The notes beneath the pieces were generated by a model. The model was not told the origin of the DNA and ran no database searches. It saw only the letters and a list, made by a program, of their open reading frames with translations. From Williopsis jadinii (taxonomy: Eukaryota), in assembly GCA_024346625.1 (NCBI GenBank), contig AP024664.1:1488001-1552000 (forward strand): DNA of 64,000 bases, in the 5' to 3' direction. Position 1 is the stretch's first letter, and the number at the start of each line of letters is the position of its first letter. The translations under genes were made by a program, and so were the position numbers. Of the stretch, positions 55,811 to 64,000 are shown one piece after another.

Positions 55811-58552
55811 TTACATGTAGTCCTCCGCCTGAACTCTGCTAACAACCTCACTGAATTGTCCGTCCGGTGAAACAGTGATGCCTGGAGATCTTTTGCTCCT
55901 ACGAGCACCAACAATTATTTTATCATCGTCAGAGTCTTCAAATTGTGGATAAGCTCCAGGCATAGTATTATTTGTCTTTCGATGGCTATTTGATCTTTGA
56001 GGCCTTTCTCTAGTGGAGTATTTCTTGTGATGTACCTTGCTATTTGGATGAGCTTCAAACTTTTCAAACGTCTCCTGCTCCATGTTCAAGGCATCAGCTG
56101 CAGAGCTTAATTCCTCATAGAACTGAACAACTCTTGGGTGAGCAAAGACTTTTGATTGATCAAAGTTGAGAATTTGTAATCCTTCTCTTGAAACAGCTCT
56201 AGAAATAGCGACATATGCCTGGCCTTTTTCAAATATTCTTTTCAAATTAACACGCACTTTTGGAAGTGTTTGACCTTGCGATTTGTGAATAGAGAGTGCC
56301 CATGCAAGTATGAGTGGTAATTGAGTACGTGAAACCAATGGCGTCTGCTTTTCATCCTCAACAGTCCATGTTTCTGGATTCACCAACACAACACGCGATT
56401 GACCATCTGGAGTTAAGAATCGAACAAGTGGTAGTTTATGACCCTTTGAGATAGATTTAAGCTCATTAATTAACCTAATCTTGTTGTCAATAGATCGTCT
56501 AGTTTCCGGATCATCAGTCTTGATATCTCTCAAGAAATCGAATACAGATTCTTCTAATCCTTCATAAACTTCTTCATCTTCTCCTGTAGATCCTTCTAAT
56601 GCCTTTGCCTTTGCTTTCTCGACTTCACTTTGGATTTGTTCCTCGGTCAACCCTTCGCTTGATATCTTTTCATAGCAGAGATACGTGTCTTTATCCACAA
56701 AATCTATAACCTTTCCCAATGATCCATTTACTAACGATTCGTCAAGATTTTTAATCATCATCACTTGTGCTCCTTTCTTCAACTCTAATTGATCAGGTGC
56801 CATAAAATTAGACAGCATTTTCAGTCTTGCAGTCTGGTCAGTAAGCGTACCACCATCTGTAGCATTGTAAACATGTACTGAATCCGGTAAACTTTTCAAC
56901 CGTAGGTTATTGGCCCTCTCAACCTCACTTCTTGTTGAATATAATTCAGCCGGTTCGATTTCATTCTCGGGTAATGGTCTTTCCAAAGCTCTAAACTTCG
57001 CCTCGGCTTGTGGAGTCACTTTCCCTAACCTCATGTCATTCAACATATCAATGAATTCCAGATCACCCTTTTGTCTAAACACTTTTTGTAAAGTGATTGT
57101 TAGTTTCATAGATCTTTTCCAAGCGTCTGATTCGAAGCAAAACGTTGCCTGTTCTTCTTCTTTAGAAACAGGTGGTAGTTGAAAAAAATCACCACAACAA
57201 ATAACTTGAATTCCTCCAAATGGCCTGTCATTTCTTCGTAATTCACAGGCAATGTGGTCCAATTTGTCAAATAATTCTCCGCTGATCATGGAGATTTCAT
57301 CAATAATTAACACCCGTACAGTTTTCCACCGTTGACTAGCTTTCCGATTTCTTCTCACCTTCTTCACTAGACTGTCTGCATCTTCCTTACCCAAACCAAT
57401 ACCCGAAAATGAATGGAGAGTGATACCACCGATATTAACGGCTGCCAGTCCTGTTGAAGCAGTCACAGCTACTTCACCTTGTCCTGGGTACATATTTTTC
57501 AAAGTTTTGATCAGACTCTTTAAAAGCACAGATTTACCGGTACCTGCTGACCCTGTATAGAACAATGATCTTCCCCTTTTCACAATATCAACTATATGTT
57601 GTTGTTCTTCACTTAAAACTAATGCTTCGACCCTCTTCGGTTTCTCCTTAGAAAGGGAGGACATTCTTCTTAATAAGCCCATGGATTCAATAGTAGTACG
57701 TTGTGTCATTAATAACAGTTCTCTGTTCGGTAATTTACGACGTTTGAGCAAAGGTTGTAAAGATGCCATTCCAGTTTTCTTTTTATCGATGATCGAAGGA
57801 TCAAACTCTCCCATGGCTTTACATTCCTTAATGAGTCCTGTATACTGCTCAACACTTGGAGGAGATGAAGGACCAGATAAAGTGGTACTATCTATTTGTG
57901 GCTTGGAATGAGTTTCTTGTTGTGTATATCTAGCATCATAGCTATCCAGGCTTGGGTAAAGGCCATCTTTCAGTCTTGGATTAGGCGGATTGCATGATGT
58001 CTTCGATTGTGGGTCTCTTGCACTCTGTATTATTGGAACAGGGTGCTTCTTGCATGCGTATGGATTCAGCGTTTCAGTTCTGTGGTATGCTGGAGAGGAA
58101 GTCTCAGGTGCAGATATTGAGATCGCATCTGGTGTAGAGATCTGTGCTCCAACTTCATTACCAGACATTTGCGCAGTATCTTGAGTCGAAGAATGATGTG
58201 ATAACTGGGACAGTTTGAAGAGTATCGTTTCAGCTCCATTCACCCCTTGCTGTTGCGAATCATCAGAATCTATCCAACTGTCTTCAAAATCAGCCTCGAA
58301 TTGTCTGTTGTGAGGTTTCACCGGACTCGATTCAACCCAATCAACCTTATCAATGTCGTCCTGGCCCTTTACAGGACTCGATCGCAGCCCCAGGCGGTCA
58401 GCATCATTGGCATCGATCGACACCGTAGAGTCAATTGCTTCGAAATCAGAGTCATCAAATACCAACAAGTCATCATGATCCACTTTCTTAGACATCGTAG
58501 AGAACGTCCTCGTGATTGGGAATGATCTTGTGTTCCTCAACAGTCTCAACAT
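55811..58552 (-). CDS. PIF1: Pif1-family 5'-3' DNA helicase
   Basis: [47 protein letters not shown] and [11 protein letters not shown]-terminal mitochondrial presequence. Divergent from OGG1 as in S. cerevisiae. Confidence 0.95.
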   Translation of the reverse strand: MLRLLRNTRSFPITRTFSTMSKKVDHDDLLVFDDSDFEAIDSTVSIDANDADRLGLRSSPVKGQDDIDKVDWVESSPVKPHNRQFEADFEDSWIDSDDSQQQGVNGAETILFKLSQLSHHSSTQDTAQMSGNEVGAQISTPDAISISAPETSSPAYHRTETLNPYACKKHPVPIIQSARDPQSKTSCNPPNPRLKDGLYPSLDSYDARYTQQETHSKPQIDSTTLSGPSSPPSVEQYTGLIKECKAMGEFDPSIIDKKKTGMASLQPLLKRRKLPNRELLLMTQRTTIESMGLLRRMSSLSKEKPKRVEALVLSEEQQHIVDIVKRGRSLFYTGSAGTGKSVLLKSLIKTLKNMYPGQGEVAVTASTGLAAVNIGGITLHSFSGIGLGKEDADSLVKKVRRNRKASQRWKTVRVLIIDEISMISGELFDKLDHIACELRRNDRPFGGIQVICCGDFFQLPPVSKEEEQATFCFESDAWKRSMKLTITLQKVFRQKGDLEFIDMLNDMRLGKVTPQAEAKFRALERPLPENEIEPAELYSTRSEVERANNLRLKSLPDSVHVYNATDGGTLTDQTARLKMLSNFMAPDQLELKKGAQVMMIKNLDESLVNGSLGKVIDFVDKDTYLCYEKISSEGLTEEQIQSEVEKAKAKALEGSTGEDEEVYEGLEESVFDFLRDIKTDDPETRRSIDNKIRLINELKSISKGHKLPLVRFLTPDGQSRVVLVNPETWTVEDEKQTPLVSRTQLPLILAWALSIHKSQGQTLPKVRVNLKRIFEKGQAYVAISRAVSREGLQILNFDQSKVFAHPRVVQFYEELSSAADALNMEQETFEKFEAHPNSKVHHKKYSTRERPQRSNSHRKTNNTMPGAYPQFEDSDDDKIIVGARRSKRSPGITVSPDGQFSEVVSRVQAEDYM

Positions 58553-58810
58553 AAATCACCAAGGAGACAACGCTGGCGAGTGGCGACAATCCCAAACAAA
58601 TAGTCGTACCAGCCGCTGTGAACAGATCAACAAAGAGTTCTCGTTTCCCTTCACAGCAACAACCGCCGTGGAATTCTCTTCTCTTTGTTTACCTTTCGCT
58701 TTGGCCTGTGTATATTTGTGGGCGGCGGTTGTTTTGTTTTGGTTACAAAATTGTACACCGCGCCTTCCTGAAGCTCAGCACTGGATTCTGTCCATACTGG
58801 CGACTTTTTC

Positions 58811-58846
58811 ACGCGCGTGCGAAACGAACGCGTGCGAGGTCGCGCG
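58811..58846. promoter_or_regulatory. MCB-like (ACGCGT/CGCG) cluster in the PIF1-OGG1 divergent promoter
   Basis: ACGCGCGT at 58811-58818, ACGCGT at 58828-58833, CGCGCG at 58841-58846. Confidence 0.6.
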
Positions 58847-58953
58847 GGCTGGGCTGGGCTGAGATGAGGTGAAACTGTTGGAAGAGGAAGAAGGAAGCTT
58901 CATGGAAGGGAACGAAAAGCGTTGGCAGAAAGACAGACAAAATCAGATTGAAA

Positions 58954-60040
58954 ATGGTCAAGCTGGTATGGGAAAGTATGAAGATCTCACCTTTGGAGCT
59001 TTCGCTGGCAAAGGTTCTGCGATGTGGACAGGCGTTTAGGTAAGTTCTTGTCTTTTTAAAGAAGCTACTCTCAGTATGGGACTTCCCAACTAACAAGTCT
59101 CTGTAGATGGAAGAACATTAATGACGTATGGTCGTGTTCTATAGGGTCGAAAGTGTTGTTCTTGAAGCAGCACGGTGATACCATCGACTATGCTACGTAC
59201 CCATATGACTCCAAGGCTCTGGAGCTGGTTAGCGACTACTTTAACCTGGACATAAAGGTCCAGGAGCTGTACACGCAGTGGTCAAGGGACGACCCTGTGT
59301 TCCAGAAGACAGCGGTTGGGTTTGAGGGTGTTAGAATGCTTAGACAGAACCCATGGGAGAATTTGATCTCTTTTATATGCTCATCGAATAACAACGTGAA
59401 GCGTATCAGTCAGATGTGTGATAATTTGACGGTTCATTTCGGTGAGCTCATCATGGAACACGAGGGAGTTGAATATTACACTTTCCCAACACCACAGGCT
59501 TTGTCAAAGGATGATGTTGAATCAAAGCTGAGAGATTTGAGCTTTGGATACAGGGCTAAATATATTCACAAAACTGCGCAGATGGTGTCTTCTCAGAACC
59601 AAGATCTGTTCAAGATTAGAGATTTGCCCTATGAAGAAGCACACGCAGAGCTGATCAAATTTGTAGGCGTTGGGCCCAAGGTTGCTGATTGTATATGCCT
59701 AATGTCTATGGATAAGCACGACGCTATCCCTGTTGATACACACGTCTACCAAATAGCCAAGAGGGACTACAAACTCTCTTCAAAGGGCGATGCAGTGACT
59801 CCAAAGACTTATGAGTTGATTCGTAAGTTCTTTGTGAATAAGTGGGGGCCATACGCTGGATGGGCGCAGAGTGTCATGTTTGCAGCAGATTTGAAGGACT
59901 TAGAAAATGGGTTGAATCAAACCAACAGCTCTCCAAAGAAACAGAACAAGAGACCAAAAGTTGAGGTTAAAGAAGAAATTCAATTAGAAGTCAATCTTGT
60001 TCGGGCTGATAGACGTAAGAGGGTGAGAACTACTGCATGA
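58954..60040 (+). CDS. OGG1: 8-oxoguanine DNA glycosylase/lyase; exons 58954-59039 and 59107-60040
   Basis: VLRCGQAFRW across a 67-nt intron GTAAGT..ACTAAC..TAG, then ISFICSSNNNV, the HhH motif GVGPKVADC and PVDTH. Confidence 0.97.
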
Positions 60041-60094
60041 GACTTGTACAAAAGAATGTACATATACTTGTTCTTTTTTCTCTCTTTTGGTATT

Positions 60095-60104
60095 TATATA
60101 CAGG
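60095..60104 (-). promoter_or_regulatory. Puf3-binding element in the MRPL4 3' UTR
   Basis: CCTGTATATA on the minus strand about 40 nt after the stop codon; fits C.UGUAHAUA. Confidence 0.6.
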
Positions 60105-60140
60105 TAATTATAACAACTGTTATGGGAAATAGAAACACAT

Positions 60141-60989
60141 TTACTCCTCCAATAGCTTGTTCAAGTATGCTTGAATAGTCTCAATCTCATCGTATCTATC
60201 AACACTAACGCCATTTTGTCTCATCTCCAATACGGCCTCGATACTCTCATTCAGACTCTCAGCAGTTGGCTCAGCATGGAATATGACAAGTGCCTCACCG
60301 GCATCTGTTATAGGAGTCAGCTCGGAATACTTTTCGTGATCGGATGAGTAGCGCTCCAATTTCAGGTTTGAGATGAATTTGATACCTTTGATGAAGTGCT
60401 TGTCCACCTTGTTCTCATCTATAACCTCACTTATACCAAAGACCGCCAATTGCAAACGTTTCAGTGCGTCTTGCACATCGGCATCTTCATCCTTCGAAGC
60501 ATCCAAGTAGTACTTCTTGAAGTCGTCAAGTAGCTCCTCTTCGCTCTGTTCAAAGACCTCTCTGGCGTTCTGTTGTGCATGTGCACGCTCACTGAGAACG
60601 TGTCTAATCCTCCACATCGTTTCACGGACTCTATCGCTGGCGGCCATGAACTGTTGGTCAGGTTGATCAATCTCCGCTTGGAGCACTTGGATCTCTCTGG
60701 CTAAGATATTTCTCTCCTTAAGACAGGTATACCACAAACTATGCAAGTCATCAAAGCTCTTACGTCTCAACTCTGGGACAGTCCATGGTCTACCGGCATT
60801 GTCCAAGTCCTCATACGATCTCAAGTACTTCTTGTCGTGGAAGAATTGCCAAAGAGGATGGTCATCATTGACCTCAAAGTTCTTCACCGTTGGTGCAATT
60901 GGAGGTCTGATTGTAAGTGGAGGTGGTTTAACTCTCACAAGACACTTAGCAGAGCTATGAAGTGCCCTCTTCTGGATGGACGTGATCAT
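60141..60989 (-). CDS. MRPL4: Mitochondrial ribosomal protein uL29m
   Basis: HPLWQFF and GRPWTVPELRRKSFDDLHSLWYTCLKERNIL, with a mitochondrial presequence. Confidence 0.95.
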   Translation of the reverse strand: MITSIQKRALHSSAKCLVRVKPPPLTIRPPIAPTVKNFEVNDDHPLWQFFHDKKYLRSYEDLDNAGRPWTVPELRRKSFDDLHSLWYTCLKERNILAREIQVLQAEIDQPDQQFMAASDRVRETMWRIRHVLSERAHAQQNAREVFEQSEEELLDDFKKYYLDASKDEDADVQDALKRLQLAVFGISEVIDENKVDKHFIKGIKFISNLKLERYSSDHEKYSELTPITDAGEALVIFHAEPTAESLNESIEAVLEMRQNGVSVDRYDEIETIQAYLNKLLEE

Positions 60990-61273
60990 CTTACTGTGTG
61001 TCTCCGAATCTCTTGTTATTTACTGCTTCCTCCAATGTCGTCGAAACTTTTTTTCTTCAGTCGAGCGGAAATTGTGTGCGGGCGCTCGTAACCATGAGCC
61101 CCCCGAAGGCTCATAACCACACCTTCACAATGGCTCATAACCATTTGTTGAAGTTCCGGCAAAAAAAAACAGACACAACAACGAAGGAAAAACCCACCAA
61201 ATGAATTAAAAACAGCAACATTCTCTCAGACAACGAGGTAATATCTTGTTCTTATTCTTCTCTTTAATACCAA

Positions 61274-61678
61274 ATGTCCTCATCACCTACTGAGCCTTTG
61301 GATCTCATCAGACTTCTCCTAGATGAACAAGTCTTTGTGAAGCTTCGTGGTGCCAGAGAAATCACAGGAAAACTACAAGTAAGTATCTCTAGTGTATCTC
61401 AGTGATATCTATTTTTAAAGAACGTGAGTTAACTAACTATTATAGGCGTACGACTCACATTGTAACATAGTTCTAAGTGATGCCACCGAAACAATTTATG
61501 ATACAGATGACTCCAATGGTCTGAAAGTGAGTACATTCATCCATCATCTCTACATTGTGTGTGTGTTTTTATCCATATATACTGACCCTGTTGTTTACAG
61601 TCAACGACAAAAAACTCTGAAATTATCTTTGTCAGAGGTGACTCGGTGATCTTGGTTACATCCCCATCTGATCAATGA
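61274..61678 (+). CDS. LSM3: U6 snRNP Sm-like protein Lsm3, 87 aa; exons 61274-61378, 61446-61526 and 61601-61678
   Basis: Not in the ORF track. The spliced product reads [47 protein letters not shown]..|..[14 protein letters not shown]. Two introns: GTAAGT..ACTAAC..TAG and GTGAGT..TACTGAC..CAG. Confidence 0.95.
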
Positions 61679-61737
61679 AACTATAGAAATAATGACTACG
61701 GTTTGTACAATATGAGCTCATGTAGATATCAGGTTTT

Positions 61738-64000
61738 CTAAATACTATTACGTCTTTGAATAACCGGCGCAAGAGACTTCTCTAATTCACCAGTGCCTGC
61801 AATCTTTGGCATCTTGTTAGAGTCAATGAGCTCTTTCAGGACCATGTGTCCGTACACAGACCCAACATTGTAGATCTCATCGAACTTGCCAAAGTCTAAC
61901 GTTGCATAGTTTTCAATAGGTGGCCGGAGATAGATCACACCTGGCGTACTCTTAGCCTTCTCCAAGGCATTGACAGAGGCGACATAGCACAAACGAAGCT
62001 GAATCTCTGACATTGCAGGAACATTAGGATACGAAGAAAATGGGTTCCAGCGGTTGACAAGGTTCCATAAGCCACTAAGCGAATCACCATATTTCATTGG
62101 CGTACGATCATCAACGGACCCAACATCAACGGCGAACACAATTGAGACACCTCTCTTCTTCATCTCTTCCACAGGGAGATTATCAACGTATCCACCATCA
62201 AGTAGCATGGAACCATCATGTGTCATAGGTGGAAGCAGCCCTGCGAGTGACATAGAAGCACGTATAAACCTCCACGCGAATCCTGATGTATGGATCTCCA
62301 TACAAGAGTTTGTGATATTCGTGGAATTGCAGAAGTATGGAATCCAGAAATCTTCAATACGTGAATCGCCGAACGATTTCCAGATACCTCGGTTGAATTC
62401 GTGCCCTGTGGTATAAGACGTTATTGGGATGGTTAGGTCACTCAACAATCTCCAAGAAGACCCAATACGACCAGCAAACTTCTTTGCTCTTCCATAAATA
62501 GGTACCAAGTCGTAATCTTTCGCGTATAGCCCACCAATAAATGCACCAATAGAGGTACCACCAATGATGTCGATCGGTATACCGTTCTCTTGCAATGCTC
62601 TTAAGACACCTAAATGACTGAATCCACGCGCACCACCACCCCCAAGTACAAGTCCAACCGCTTGACCAGAAAGCAATCTTGCCAATCTCATAAAATCGTT
62701 CTTGTGTGGTAAAGAGGATGTGTAGAATTTCTTGTGATTCATGTTCATATACTTTGACGTGAACGTTTCCACAGTACTTCTAATATTATCGGCAAAGGTC
62801 ATATGGTCATTATGTGTACCTACAGCCAAGTTCTTATGAGTCAACTGAATGTGGTGATGAGAATGAACCCAGATTCTACTCTTGAGCCATTTGGCTGTTA
62901 ATCCAGGAGCAACAAACTTCTCTGGATGTAACAACACTAGCTCTGTGTGTGCCATGGTTCTTGTCTTGAGTAATAATCGCTCGTATTCTCCAACTGCAGG
63001 ATCAGAGAGAGCATCTGCGAGTAACAAGATACAATCACCTTGTTGGATACAAGTACTGGTCCAGCTTGAGTTCACTGAAGTGTCAGCGATATAAACAACA
63101 ATTTCATACCTTTCTTCCAAATCTGAAAAGAATCCAGACTGACGTAAGGTGGAAAGTTTATCGAATGCATATTTTCCCAAATAATTCAAAGTAGAAGATT
63201 GATCAAGTCCTATAACAGAGACACCAATATTCTTGAGTGACTGGATTAGTTTGGATGCAAATTCAGTCACAGGGATTCCTTGAGTCTTTGGTAATATGGT
63301 GATTGTCTTGTAATTTTTTTGCAACCCATTACCTTTAGAGTTCGTTGGAACATTGAGTCCACTCTGTGGGGCCTCTTCTTTAACTGTATGTGCAACAATT
63401 CTGGAGACTTTGATCATGATTGATGGGTTCTCCAAACATAATATCTCGAACAAAGTTCTTGGAATTCTAGCAGCTTCTGACTCTCTAACTGCAACAAACG
63501 TTGATGAACGTTTTGCTGCGGTAAGCACCTCAACTTCTCCAAAACTTTCACCTTTACTGTACTCCCTCATCATTGTAATCTCTTTCGTGAATGGATCTTC
63601 CTTTATAGACCTAAAACGCCCACTCAAGATGATGTAAATACCATTCGCAGAAGTACCCTGTTTGAACAAAGTTTCACCACCATCCAACTGTATCCATTCG
63701 AGTGCAGAGTCGAGTCTTGCAATCTTTGGGGTCAAGGAGAGAACCAGCGATCTTGCAACTGTTAAGTAGATCATGAAATACTTTTCGCATAATCTTTCGA
63801 CATCCTTATCTGAACAGAAACCCACAACAACCGGAGTGCGTGCTTTGACGGTAACAAACGATTTATAACCTATTAACGACCCCATGTACCCTGCAACACC
63901 ACCGGGTTTAACGTCATAGATAAAGTGTTCTTTACCTGTAACTTCATCTTTGTAAGACACATCTAAAATACCACTGACAACGTAATAGATACCAGTTGTT
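61738..64000 (-). CDS. NTE1: Neuropathy-target-esterase-like lysophospholipase, 3' part; the 5' end is outside the window
   Basis: cNMP-binding-like domain and a patatin domain with GGGGARG, GTSIG and LDGGY. Confidence 0.96.
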   Translation of the reverse strand, partial: TTGIYYVVSGILDVSYKDEVTGKEHFIYDVKPGGVAGYMGSLIGYKSFVTVKARTPVVVGFCSDKDVERLCEKYFMIYLTVARSLVLSLTPKIARLDSALEWIQLDGGETLFKQGTSANGIYIILSGRFRSIKEDPFTKEITMMREYSKGESFGEVEVLTAAKRSSTFVAVRESEAARIPRTLFEILCLENPSIMIKVSRIVAHTVKEEAPQSGLNVPTNSKGNGLQKNYKTITILPKTQGIPVTEFASKLIQSLKNIGVSVIGLDQSSTLNYLGKYAFDKLSTLRQSGFFSDLEERYEIVVYIADTSVNSSWTSTCIQQGDCILLLADALSDPAVGEYERLLLKTRTMAHTELVLLHPEKFVAPGLTAKWLKSRIWVHSHHHIQLTHKNLAVGTHNDHMTFADNIRSTVETFTSKYMNMNHKKFYTSSLPHKNDFMRLARLLSGQAVGLVLGGGGARGFSHLGVLRALQENGIPIDIIGGTSIGAFIGGLYAKDYDLVPIYGRAKKFAGRIGSSWRLLSDLTIPITSYTTGHEFNRGIWKSFGDSRIEDFWIPYFCNSTNITNSCMEIHTSGFAWRFIRASMSLAGLLPPMTHDGSMLLDGGYVDNLPVEEMKKRGVSIVFAVDVGSVDDRTPMKYGDSLSGLWNLVNRWNPFSSYPNVPAMSEIQLRLCYVASVNALEKAKSTPGVIYLRPPIENYATLDFGKFDEIYNVGSVYGHMVLKELIDSNKMPKIAGTGELEKSLAPVIQRRNSI

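Noticed and set aside
61084..61143. CRISPR-like repeat-spacer pattern
   Set aside because: Eukaryotic DNA, 11-bp repeats, 13-14-bp spacers and no cas genes.

Overview
Eukaryotic nuclear DNA from a pre-WGD budding yeast that uses the standard genetic code. The HMG-CoA reductase matches my recollection of the Cyberlindnera jadinii (Candida utilis) enzyme; this is not verified by search. About 25 protein-coding genes form three blocks syntenic with S. cerevisiae: RPL6-FPR3/4-HMG1-(Con7-like C2H2)-WAR1; BUL1-DAT1-(Bul-like)-DSK2-ATR1-TAF8-FCP1-(GPI aspartyl protease)-VAN1-PRM15-NAB6-CAT8; and MFT1-SEC39-PIF1-OGG1-MRPL4-LSM3-NTE1. Short spliceosomal introns fix the starts of several genes, and RPL6 and LSM3 are missing from the ORF track. 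The standout feature lies between the second and third blocks (about 48.5-52.4 kb): a PIF/Harbinger-type two-gene module. It has an intron-containing DDE transposase-like gene whose first catalytic Asp appears to be Gly, tail-to-tail with a putative trihelix/Myb-like coiled-coil partner gene carrying a 1-nt frameshift. I could not find terminal inverted repeats. It is either a decaying DNA transposon of a superfamily little described in budding yeasts, or a candidate co-domesticated pair. BUL1 also has a 1-nt frameshift, and there are two gene-free stretches of about 5 kb.
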